Assembly (NCBI RefSeq): GCF_009914755.1
Contig: NC_060929.1
From: the human T2T-CHM13v2.0 reference genome, Homo sapiens
Length of the DNA stretch: 64,000 nucleotides
Direction: 5' to 3' (one strand)
Shown: positions 16,400 through 27,549 of the stretch, in pieces
Position numbering within the stretch: the stretch's first letter is position 1
How the letters are laid out: each line of letters begins with the position of its first letter
Position numbers and translations under genes: made by a program
Notes under the pieces: model-generated
Databases searched by the model: none
What the model was told of the DNA's origin: nothing
What the model saw: only the letters and a program-made list of their open reading frames with translations

Positions 16400-17450
16400 C
16401 TAGGTATTCTAAGCACTGCTTTATTTACATATTTGCATCTATATTCATACATAAATAAGATGATATCTATAATTTTCTTTCATATGGTAATTTCATCTGG
16501 TGTTGTTATTAAAGACATATTGTCTATTTAAAATACATTGTTCAGCTTTCCATGCACTAAAATTGATTGAAAATTATTTGGGGTGTTCCGTTCTTTAAAT
16601 AAAACTAAACTCTGAGACCCTCAAATATTGATTTCTCTTTTAAACTTCTTAAGTCTAGATATAGGGTCATATCATCTGCAAACAGGGATAGTTTAACTTC
16701 GTCTCTTCCTATTTGGATACCTTTATTTCTTTCTCTTGCCCAATTGGCCTGACCAACACTTCCAATACTATGTTGAACAGGAGTGGTAAGAGAGGGCATC
16801 TTTGTATTGTATCAGTTTTCAAGGGGAATGCTTCCAGCTTTTGCCCATTCAGTATGATGTTGGCTGTGGGTTTGTCATAGATGGCTCCGATTATTTTGAA
16901 GTATTTTCCTTTATCATCTAGTTTATTAAGAGATTTAACCTAAATGGATGTTGAATTTTATTGAAAGCCTTTATTTACTGCATATGTTGAGACAATCATG
17001 TGGTTTTTGGCAGAAAGACAAACTTTGCAAGTTTTCACTTATTTTTGTAAGCTAAAAATTAAAACAAATTCATGAAGTTTATGTATACCTGTGCTCTCTC
17101 TTTCCTCTTTCTCCTTGCTTTTTGGGGCTAATTGTTATTTAACTTTTCAGGAACTATATTTTGGATTTATTAGTTCTTTCTCATTTATTATTATTATTTA
17201 GTCATGTTAATTAATGCCATTTTTAGAGTTAATTTTCTCTTCATAGTTATAAACTTCCTTTTAAATCTTTCAATTATCTTAGAATAACCGTTTTCTTCAA
17301 TATTAAAGATATTTAAAATTAATTTTTTTTCTCTGAAAACAAGTTCTGGGCAAGCCAGGTTTCTAGTATGTTCCAGAGAGGTTGGAAAAATATTTTTCAT
17401 TATCTTTTGATTTAAAGATTATCTAGTAATTTATTTATTTTAGTATACTT
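16400..17450 (-). mobile_element. Old L1ME fragment, interrupted by a younger L1 patch at 16652-17078
   Basis: TTTGCATCTATATTCAT...TATAATTTTCTTT and other T-rich antisense ORF2 remnants. Confidence 0.5.
16652..17010 (-). mobile_element. L1P (PA13-16/PB-like) ORF2 RT-domain fragment
   Basis: Minus-strand translation [23 protein letters not shown] contains the L1 RT FADD motif. Confidence 0.9.
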
Positions 17451-19814
17451 ACTGTTACTTTTGTGGTCATTATTAACCACAATTTCTGTCTTAGTTATAT
17501 CCTAAGAGTTAGAGATGATTTTTCTTTCCATGTTCGAAATTATTACCCATTTTTTTGTTTTGTTTTCAATTTTTCTAAGCAGATTAAGCACTCCACATGT
17601 TCTGAAAGCTGGGATTTTTGGAGATGTTCCATCCCTGAAATGCAATAAACAATGTATCAAACAACCAGTATCTTATAATGCTGTAAATAATATTTTATAT
17701 TATTTTGTTCAAGACCTTCATACAGTTGATCAGATTTAAGTATGGCATTTTAGTGAGCCAGGCTTGTGGTATAGACTTGCTGTCTAATTCTCTCTCTTGT
17801 GCTACTAACTAGTACATGTTGATTTTCTTTGTGCCTAGTGGAATTTATAAGGGCTAACACATCCATCTTTTCCACAAATAAGAGGAGAGATATTTTCTTA
17901 TCTTAGTTAGCTATAATGATACTTCCATCACAAAATCGCTTTAATGATAGACCTCAACCCTCTTGGCTGTTCTAACCCGAGTTCATGGGCTCCAGTGAAG
18001 AAAGTACAACAACTCATAAGGGGACTTCTCTCTATTATGTATTTGTCCACGGTTACCAAAGGATTGGGTAGCTTACAGAGCCTATGGCTCTTTCTGAAAA
18101 TACAAGCACCCCTAACACATGGGTTGTGTGGTCTGTTCACACAAGAGATAGAAAGGAAAGGCAAACAATTTAAAGGAATTTAGTATTAACAAATCTAATT
18201 TTCAGACACAAAATAGAAATGTGATTATTAATACTTCATTTGTCTCTTGGTATTACTCAATTGCATAATAAGAGAGTGCAGTCTAGTAAAAAACATTGAA
18301 CATACACTTCTGATTATTCAGAAATTATTTGAGACTTTACTAGTTTTGTTAGAAAGGTAAGGGCAAAATCACATTACATTAGAGAATAAGGTTATGTCTT
18401 TGGTCTAATACATTCTAAGAGAAATTAAAAATCTAAGCAGCATGGTATATAGTATATATGTGGTGGAACTTGTGATAAAATGCTATGTAGACTACAGTAG
18501 TATTGAAAATTAAAACTATTTACTTATGTAAATGTTATATGTATTCATAAATAAGATTGAGATGATCAAGAGAAGGTTTCTACTCAAAATATTTTATTAT
18601 AAAGCAAATTGGTTCAAAAGAAGCAATGGAATGAGGATATGGAGTTACAAAACTATTATTACAAAACCAAATATCCTAATTTGTCATTTGTTAAAATGAA
18701 AAGAAAACATGGATCACAAATCCCTTTTGTACTTGATGCAAAACTTTGGTGGATAAAAATTGTTTCCCCAATAGGGTGACTATAAAAAGTGTAAGACTGG
18801 TGATTTTTCTTGGTCTCAAAAGTAAAGGAGCATGTAAGAAGATGATTATATAAGAGTAATTGCAAGTGAGATGAATTTCCTAAGTTAAATTTATTAATTT
18901 TTTGTAATCTATTGTTATGAAATTGCATATAAGACATTTCTGCCCAGGAATAATAATAATAAAAAACTCTGTGCTATTTCGTAAGTGGATACAAAAAATA
19001 TGTGGGCAGCTCACATGGAAAACAACCACTACCAGCAAGGATAAAATTACTTCAGTGATTAATTTAAAATTTGCTGTAATCAACAGTGTTTGCAAGAATG
19101 TTTTTTAGGGGAACTTAGTTTACTCAAACATAGGATAACACTGTTTTAATGGATAACTTACTAAATGTAAACTTACATTGATTACCTACCATGATACAAA
19201 TTACACATCTTTATTTTCTAGACAGAGGACATGTAAACACTGGCTTAAGTTTCTCTTTAAAATTAAAAGATAATAAATGGACTCTTCCTAGATATCTGCC
19301 CTCAATTTAGAGCTTCTTTCTTCTGCTAAATACCCAGCATCACATTGAGAAATTACTCCTCTTTTGTTGGTTTGCTAAGTATAATTTATTACGAGTAGGT
19401 GGTGATTTTTAAAAATCAATTTAGCCTTTTTTATTGCCTCAATTAAGACAAGTATATAATGAATCTCATTTAATGTGTTAATGCATTCATTTATATATGG
19501 AATCTCCCTTCCATAATGTGCAGGTACTTAATGCATTGCTGACACCACTCTCTTAATATTTAAAAAATAATGAGGGACTACATTTCTGGTCGAGATTGGT
19601 CCACTCTTTTCCATTGCAGTAGTGTTCTTCTTCGGGTTTTGTAGAAACGTCTCACTAATCTCATACTATATAGTAAAATTCTTGCTCAGATCTCTTGACC
19701 ACTTTCTATAGATAGAAAATATGTTCCTTAAATAGTTGGTAGAACTGGCCCATGGAGGTGTTTGGTTTAGTACAATTCAGGTGCCTTGTCTATTTTTTTC
19801 TTAAGCCATATACA

Positions 19815-19989
19815 ATAAACTGGGTAGTATCTCCCTCACCCAAATTTATGTCCACTTTGAAATTCAGACTGTGATCTTATGGGGAAACAGGACTGCACAT
19901 TTGCTGATGTGATCAATTATGATGAGATTACACTGGATGAGGATACGTCTCGAATCCAGTATTACTGGTGCCCTTAGAAGAGAGAACAC
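19815..19989 (+). mobile_element. MLT1C-like LTR 5' fragment
   Basis: CCAAATTTATGTCCAC...GATGAGATTACACTGGATGAGG...ACTGGTGCCCTTAGAAGAG. Cut by the following Alu. Confidence 0.7.
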
Positions 19990-20298
19990 GGCCTGGCCTA
20001 GTGGCTCACGCCTGTAATCCCAGCACTTTGGGAGGCCGTGGAGGGTGGAACACCTGAGGTCAGGAGTTCGAGAACAGCCCAGCCAACATTGTGAAACCTC
20101 ATCTCTACTAAAAGTACAAAAAAATTAGCTGGACATGGTGGTGCGTGCCTATAGTCCCAGCTACTCAGGAAGATGAGGTGTGATAATCTCTTGAAGCTGG
20201 GCGATGGGGGTTGGCAGTGAGTTGAGATCACGCCACTGCACTCTAGCCTTGGAGACGAGTGACGCTACGCCTCAAAAAAAAAAAAAAAAAAAAAAAAA
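19990..20298 (+). mobile_element. AluS (Sx/Sq-like)
   Basis: Dimeric Alu with CACCTGAGGTCAGGAGTTCGAG and a long poly-A tail. Confidence 0.95.
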
Positions 20299-20460
20299 GA
20301 ATACATAGGCATACACACATTTCTCATATATGAATTTGAGGAAATTATTATTTAAATATTTTGTTAATGGCAATGTGCAGTGTTTTCCATGATCATTCAG
20401 TTATAATGATTTGCAAATGTAGTTAACATCACCATAATATATTAATAATTTAGAAAAGCT

Positions 20461-21217
20461 TTTTTAAAATTATACTTTAAATTCTGGGATACATGTGCAG
20501 AACGTGCAGGTTTGTTTCATAGATATACACATGCCGTGGTGGTTTGCTCCACCCATCAACCTGTCATCTACATTAGGTATTTCTCCTAATGCTATCCCTC
20601 CCCTAGCCCCCAACCTGTGACAGGCCCTGGTGTGAGATGTTCCCCTCCCTGTGTCCATGTGTTCTTATTGTTCAATTCCCACTTATGAGTGAGAACATGC
20701 AGTGTTTGGTTTTTTGTTCCTGTGTTAGTTTGCTAAGAATGATGGTTTCCAGCTTCAACCATGTCCCTGCAAAGGACATGAACTCATCCTTTTCTATGGC
20801 TGCATAGTATTCCATGGTGTATTTGTGCCACATTTTCTTTATCTAGTCTATCACTGATGGACATTTGGGTTGGTTCCAAGTCTTGGCTATTGTGAACAGT
20901 GCTGCAATAAACACACGTGTGCATGTGTCTTTACAGTAGAATGATTTGTAATCCTTTGGGTATATACCCAGTAATGGGGTTGCTGGGTCAAATGTTATCT
21001 CTGGTTCTAGATGCTTGAAGAATTGCCACACTGTCTTCCACAGTGGTTGAACTAATTTACACTCCCACCAACAGTGTAAAGTCGTTCCTATTTCTCCACA
21101 TCCTCTCCACCATCTGTTGTTTCCTGACTTTTTAATGATCGCCATTCTAACTGGCATGAGATAGTATCTCATTATGGTTTTGATTTACATTTCTCTAATG
21201 ACCAGTGATGATAAGCT
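20461..21217 (-). mobile_element. 5'-truncated L1PA7/8-like
   Basis: ORF 20843-21172 is the ORF2p C-terminus ([17 protein letters not shown]). 3' end TTCTGGGATACATGTGCAGAACGTGCAGG. TSD-like AAA(G/T)CTTTTTTAA. Confidence 0.95.
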
Positions 21218-22454
21218 AAATCTTTTTTAATGCTTTGATAAGCACATGACATTTAGGTTAAATGGAATTAAATTTCTGTAAGTAAATCGATTTATTTTCC
21301 TTGTTTTCAGATAATTTTTTCTATGATATCAACTTTTTGTAAATTTGAGTCTTGCTTTGCATTCAATATCGCCATTTATGAAAAGTTTAATGTTTATGAA
21401 TGCCTATATGTGTGTTTTTTGTGTGTATATACATATATACACATATTCTCAAAATAATGTATTACATATTATGTATACTGAATACTTTATCATATAGCCT
21501 CAAAAAGTACAATCATGTATATGTAAATACACACATATATAATGATTAAATCAATATACATGTTCATGGTTATCAAATATGTTTTCTAGAGCTCTATTTT
21601 CTTTCTAAATTTAATCCAAGCTGATCTATAAAATGCTGAGAAAAATGTGCTAAATTGTCCCACATAATATTGTATAGGTTATCTTTTTCCTCTTGTAGAT
21701 GCACAATGTTCCTTTCATATATTGATGCCACAGTATTTTTGTAATTTTTTGTACTTACATGATGATATTGACTTTTCCTTCTAAATTTTATATAGCAGAC
21801 TGTTTATCCTTGTGATGCTCATCCATCTTAAAATATTTTGCCTTTTCAATAACTGTGTTAGCACAGTTTTTCTATGTTTTCTTTCACTCCTTCCTGCCCC
21901 CACCCAATTTTCTACTTCTTTAGGGACTGCTGAGTATTTCTTCAATTATTTATCTATCTTACTAGCTTTGAAGCTATATATTTTAATTCTATTTTTAAGT
22001 CAGAGCTTTAATCAAAGGATGCTGTGTGACAACAGTCTGCAATAAATGAGTATTTATAGAGAATTCATGCTCAGATATTAATCCCCTTGGGCTTCACGAC
22101 AACTGTGTAGGGCCCAGGATGATTACCTCTGGCTATGAGTACTTTCTTCCATTTATCACTTTGTGTTAGCAAATATCATCTCTGTATGTGCTATGATGGA
22201 ACAAAGTTTAGAATCATTTATCTAGCCTTATATTTTGAAAATGCATTTTTGACATAAAACAAATCTAAATTGAATCAGGTTTTCTGTTCTCAAAGTTAGA
22301 AAAACTTTGAAATTGACTAAGATAACATTCTGTTGATTTAAAAAAATCAAAAGCAATGAATATATTATAGTAAAACAAAGTAAAGTACTTTCTTTAATAT
22401 GCAAAAATTGTAGGTTGTTACAGAAAAGTCTCTGTATTTGCAAGGTTAATATTT

Positions 22455-22600
22455 TCTTTTTTTTTTTGCATTTTTTAAGAATACAATCTATTGTTAACTA
22501 TAGTCATCATGTTGTACAGCAGATCTGAATTTATTCCTCCTCTCTAATGGAAACCTTGTATCCTTTTATCACCATCTCCCCAACTCTCTAACCAATCCTT
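22455..22600 (-). mobile_element. L1MA8/9-like 3' UTR fragment
   Basis: TATTGTTAACTATAGTCATCATGTTGTACAGCAGATCT...TTGTATCCTTTTATCACCATCTCCCC. Confidence 0.7.
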
Positions 22601-23416
22601 ATTTTACTTTATGCATCATTATTGTCAAGTTTTAAAGTCTCTCAGTGTGCAGTTTTTAGCCTCCTCAATGACTTAATGTAAAGTAAGTATTGGTAACTTT
22701 TTATTTTTGTTGTTTTCAAAATTCTGGGAAATTTTTATTTATTTTCATCTATTTGAATAACACCTGTCACACACACTTCAGTTCATATTCTTTGGAAGTC
22801 AGATTAGACATAAGCTGAACTTTTTCATGCTCTATGCCTTCCACCATTTGTGTATGTTTGTGTGTGATTTCTGTACCTCTCAGGGCTGCATTATAAATAA
22901 TTTTATCAGATCCATATTTTTATCTGCTAAATCTAATCTACTAAATGTCTCTTGAATGGTTTGTTTTATTTAAATGTCTACAGCTGGCCTCACTAGGAGC
23001 TCTTAGCAATGAGTTTAGAACTCCTGGGTCTTCCCTGAGGGAACTTCGGGAATAATGTATTTCATTTCAGAAAAGATTATTGTTGTGCTGTTGTTGTTTT
23101 TTAACCCTAATTCTAGAAATGACATTTCCCCTTTTGTTCTTATGATTATACATACAAGGATTTCTGTAGTTCACCTTGAGATTCTTAGCTTTATGTGTGA
23201 ATCCTAATCATTGGCATCAAGTGCTACCAAGGTTATAGCTCCCTGAGATGTCAAAACTTCTAATAACTTGGTTGTTTACGCCTATATCCTCAGAATCTTT
23301 TCACATATAACAAGGCACAACAACCCTCACCTGCCAAATCCTGTATACATCTCTTAGAAAAAATTTGCTAAGCTAGCTTTGCTCTTGATCTCTAGCTCTT
23401 AGAAATTTCTTTTGCC

Positions 23417-23752
<336 letters not shown>

Positions 23753-23867
23753 TCAAATCTATCGATATGCTCATCTATTTCTTCATTCGTTCATGTATTG
23801 GTTTGCTTGTTTATTGCTATCCCAGCATTTCAAGAACTTGTAATGCATTTTAAAATTAATCTATTTA

Positions 23868-24334
23868 GCTATCAATAAATAATTTTGCCTACTGTAACGG
23901 AAAATCCAAATAACAGTACCTTGAACAGAGAAGTGCATTTCTATGTAATGAGAAACCAGAGGTAGAGTAGGTAGTTATAGGCCTTGATTTAGGGTTTAGG
24001 GATTTCTGAACAAATATCTCTTCACTTACCTCAATTTTTCTCTAATGGTCACATTCAGTTTCTGCAGATATAGCGAATTAACTTTCCTTTCTAGTAAGGA
24101 TAAAAGAAGTGAAGCAAAGGGCAAAAGGGCAGAAGGGTATGTACCAACTAATTTTTTAGAAGTCTGATTCACTGATCTCCACTTATATCTTCTTGCTAAG
24201 AGCTGTGCCACATAAGATGACCTCTAGTGAGGTAGCAAAATGTAAATTTTTTTATATCTACCTAAAGTCAGATTATGTTGGTGCAGAAGAAAAGGATGAA
24301 GACATTAGGAAAGAAACTAGTAGTTGATGACACA
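23868..24334 (-). mobile_element. MLT1J-like LTR
   Basis: Minus strand starts TGTGTCATCAACTACTAGTTTCTTTCCTAATGTCTTCATCC, similar to the MLT1J 5' end. Internal TCCACTTATATC block. Confidence 0.65.
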
Positions 24335-24845
24335 TAATTATCAGCCACATTGACAGAATTTTGTTTCCTCTATACTTACACAGCCCTTTAGAATTTTTTG
24401 AAAAACTGAAAGTATGTGTTTATAGTAGGGTAACACAGTGTATTTTCACTGTATATGGAATTCCAGGGTGATATTTTTTGTCTTTCAGGATCTTAATGAT
24501 GCTCTATCACTATCTAGGGCCACACAATTTTGATATAATTCAGCAGTCACACAAATTGTTTCCCTGTTGATGGTGTGTCATTTTATGACAATTTTCAAAA
24601 GTTTTTTTCCTCTTGTGTTTTTTAGTAATTTGTGATGTGCTTAGGTATGTTTGGTTGAAGTACACCAGGTCATCCAAAACAAACAAACAGATTTTCACTT
24701 CCCTTTTGCAAGGAAAACTTGTACAGTTTCTTAAAATACTCTTCATACTGTAAACCAAATAATAGTTATAAAGAAAAAAACACTTTTTAGAAGTGAAAAT
24801 TGTAAAATATGAAGTGTTGTAGAAGAAAATATATCAATATATTTG

Positions 24846-25342
24846 TGTTGTTTTCCCCCATTTGCGTATTGGAAAGAACTTAGCAGACTCCACCAACATA
24901 AGGTTTTTATTTAAAGGTAAAGCATGCAATGCATTTAGGAGACGAGAATGCAGCCCTAGATTGAGTCTCAGTTAAATCCCAGCCAAATTATTCAAGGCCG
25001 ACTTGGCTCACAAAGGGCCAGACTGAATCTATTTGAATGGCCAAAACCCGTGCAAGGAAGCTAGGTTTCCGAAGAGTTCAGAGAAGCTCTCAGTAGGGAT
25101 GCTCATAATTCCCTTTAGATAGGTAATAAAGACAGGCTTGTGAAACTACTTAGACAAATTGCAAAATACAAGTAAAACACAGGTGGAGATGGGTTACCAG
25201 GAGAGTTTCAGACCCTGAACAGAGCATGATAAATTTCATTCCTTATGTTGATCAAGAGTCAAAAAAAAAAAAAAAAAAAAAAAAACAACAAAACAGCCAA
25301 GTAGCCATCACTAGTGATATAAATGCTGTTTTCCTAGTTCAG
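24846..25342 (-). mobile_element. Unassigned LTR-like element containing an A24 run
   Basis: GC-richer island in L1-like flank. Minus strand has AATAAA about 60 nt before a ...AACAACA end. Family not recognised. Confidence 0.4.
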
Positions 25343-25959
25343 TTGTAAATCAATTCTATGTCTATGGTATTTTTTTCAAAAATATATTTTTAAGTATTAT
25401 ATTCTTAACAAGTCATATATAAACTAATATGCCCAATTTTGTTTTTCTGAGATTACTTATACCAAAGGTAATCAATACTAACAGAATTGCATATGTCCTC
25501 TTGGACCCTTTATAATTATATATACACACATACGTTTTTACATACATTTATAACATTTTATGTAATTATATATACAAGAATGTTTTATGCTTACATGAAT
25601 GCCCATTGCAGTTAATTATATCATGTATAGAATTTTCATTTCATAAATACTTCATTTTTAAACTGATCTTTGAATTCCATAATATATCTAACGAAACATA
25701 TATATTTTTTAAATTAATTTCGAAAAAGCTACAAATACAATTCAGAGGACAATTTAGAGGATCTTTTCAACAAATCAAACCAGAGTTATTCAATATTATT
25801 AGCAAAAAATAAGCTTTAATCTATACTTCACACTATATAAAAAATGTACTGACAATAGGTCATAGACCTGAATGTAAAACCTACAAAAAAAAAGACTTGT
25901 ATCCAGATTATGTATACAAAAAAAGAAAACTAAATATTTACTTAATAAGAAGGTGGCAA

Positions 25960-26231
25960 GCTGAATGCAGGGGCTCAAGGCTGTCATCCCAACACTGGGA
26001 GGCTGAGGAGAGACGATTGCCTGAGGCCAGGAGCTCAAGACCAGGTTGAGCAACATACTGAGACCCCAGTCTCTACAAAAAAATTAGAATGCATGGTGGT
26101 GCATGCCTGTCACCCTAGCTACTCGGGAGGCTCAGGCAGAAGGATAGCTAGAGCTCAGGAGCTCAAGGCTGCAGTAAGTCATTATGACGTCACTGTAATC
26201 CAGCATGGACAACAGAGTGAGACTCTGTCTT
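25960..26231 (+). mobile_element. AluJ
   Basis: GAGGCCAGGAGCTCAAGACC, GCAACATACTGAGACCCC and AAGGCTGCAGTAAG are J-type diagnostics. Confidence 0.92.
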
Positions 26232-26663
26232 GAAGAAGAAGAAGAAGAAGGAGAAGGAGAAGGAGAAGGAAAAAGAGGAGGAAGAGGAAGAGGGAGAAGA
26301 AGGAGGAGGAGGGGGAGAAAAGAAGGAGAAGAAGGAGGAGGAGAAGAAGAAGAAGGAGGATGAGGAGAAGAAGAAGAAGAAGAACAAGAAGAAGAAGAAG
26401 AAAAGAGAAGAGAGAAGAGAAAAGAGAAGAGAAGAGAAAGAAGAGAAGTAGAGAAGAAGAAAGAAGGAGAAGGAAGAAGGAGAAGGAAGAACAGGAGGAG
26501 AAGAAGAAGGAGGAGGAAGAGGAGGAGGAGAAAAGAGAAGTAGAGAAGAAAGAAGGAGAAGGAAAAAGAAGAAGGAGGAGGAGGAGGAGAAAAAAGGAGA
26601 AGAAGGAGAAGGAGGAGGAGAAGAAGAAGGAGGAGGAGGAGGAAGAGAAGGAGATAAAGAAGA
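26232..26663. repeat. Polypurine low-complexity tract (GAA/GGA/GAGAA)
   Basis: Only 5 pyrimidines counted in 26232-26654. Confidence 0.97.
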
Positions 26664-27549
26664 TACAGTTTGGTAAGATGTTGTCCCCAAATATATATCT
26701 GGATGCCAAATAAACACATAAAAATGTTCAACATCATTAGTCAGTAGAAAATAGCTAATTAAAACCACAATGACATATTACTTCCTGCCTATTTGAATAC
26801 CTAAAATTAAAAGTACTGCCTATATCCAGTGTTGATGAAGATGTGGAGAAAATAGAGCTTTCGTACATTCCTTGTAAGATACAACTGCTTTGGAAAACAG
26901 TTTTGCAGCTTATTAAAATGTTACTCACCTAGTATAAGATCTAGGCACTCTATTCCTCATTATTGATGCAAGATTAAAAAAAGGCATATGCCCATAAAAT
27001 GATTTGAACATGAATGCCCATAGTAGCCTTATTTGTAATAGCCTCAAACTGGAAACAACAAATAAAAAAATAGATAAATCGTGATTGATTCATAGAATGA
27101 TCTACTACCTCTGATTAAAAAGAAATGCACTATTTTATGTACAATGCCAATAATGGATTATCAAAATAATTATGGTGAATGAAATAAACTCTAAAAAGTG
27201 TTTATTTTATATAATTTTATTCTTATAAGAAAGTGTATCACTGATTGCCTGGTGACAGGAGAATGGTATATGTGAGGAGGGATTCCAATGGGGAGGAGGG
27301 ACAAAGAGACTTTATAGGATAAAGGGTATATTCATTATGTTGATTGTGATGATAGTTTCTGAACTGTAAACTATGTAAAAACTTGTTAAGTTGTATACTT
27401 TAAATATGTACAGTTTATTGTCTATCAATTATTCATCAATAAAGCTGTTAAAATGATTATTTACTAATAAAAAATCAATAATTTAAAATATGTGATTAAT
27501 TTGAAACTAGTGAGAAAAGTAAAAACATAATGGATCATAAAATAGGTAA

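Larger units (their letters stand above)
25745..27453 (+). mobile_element. Old L1 (L1MD/ME-like) ORF2 3' part and 3' UTR, split by AluJ and the GA tract
   Basis: GGTCATAGACCTGAATGTAAAAC, AAAATGTTCAACATCATTAGTCA, AAACTGGAAACAAC, ending CAATAAAGCTGTTAAAA. Confidence 0.8.

Noticed and set aside
17928-18183. Overlapping 78/79-aa ORFs on both strands in apparently unique DNA
   Set aside because: No recognisable homology or splice context. Length is compatible with chance.
26132-26768. Longest ORFs in the track (175-201 aa; poly-L/S/F or poly-E/K/R)
   Set aside because: Stop-free only because of the polypurine tract, open in several frames on both strands, and running into an Alu.
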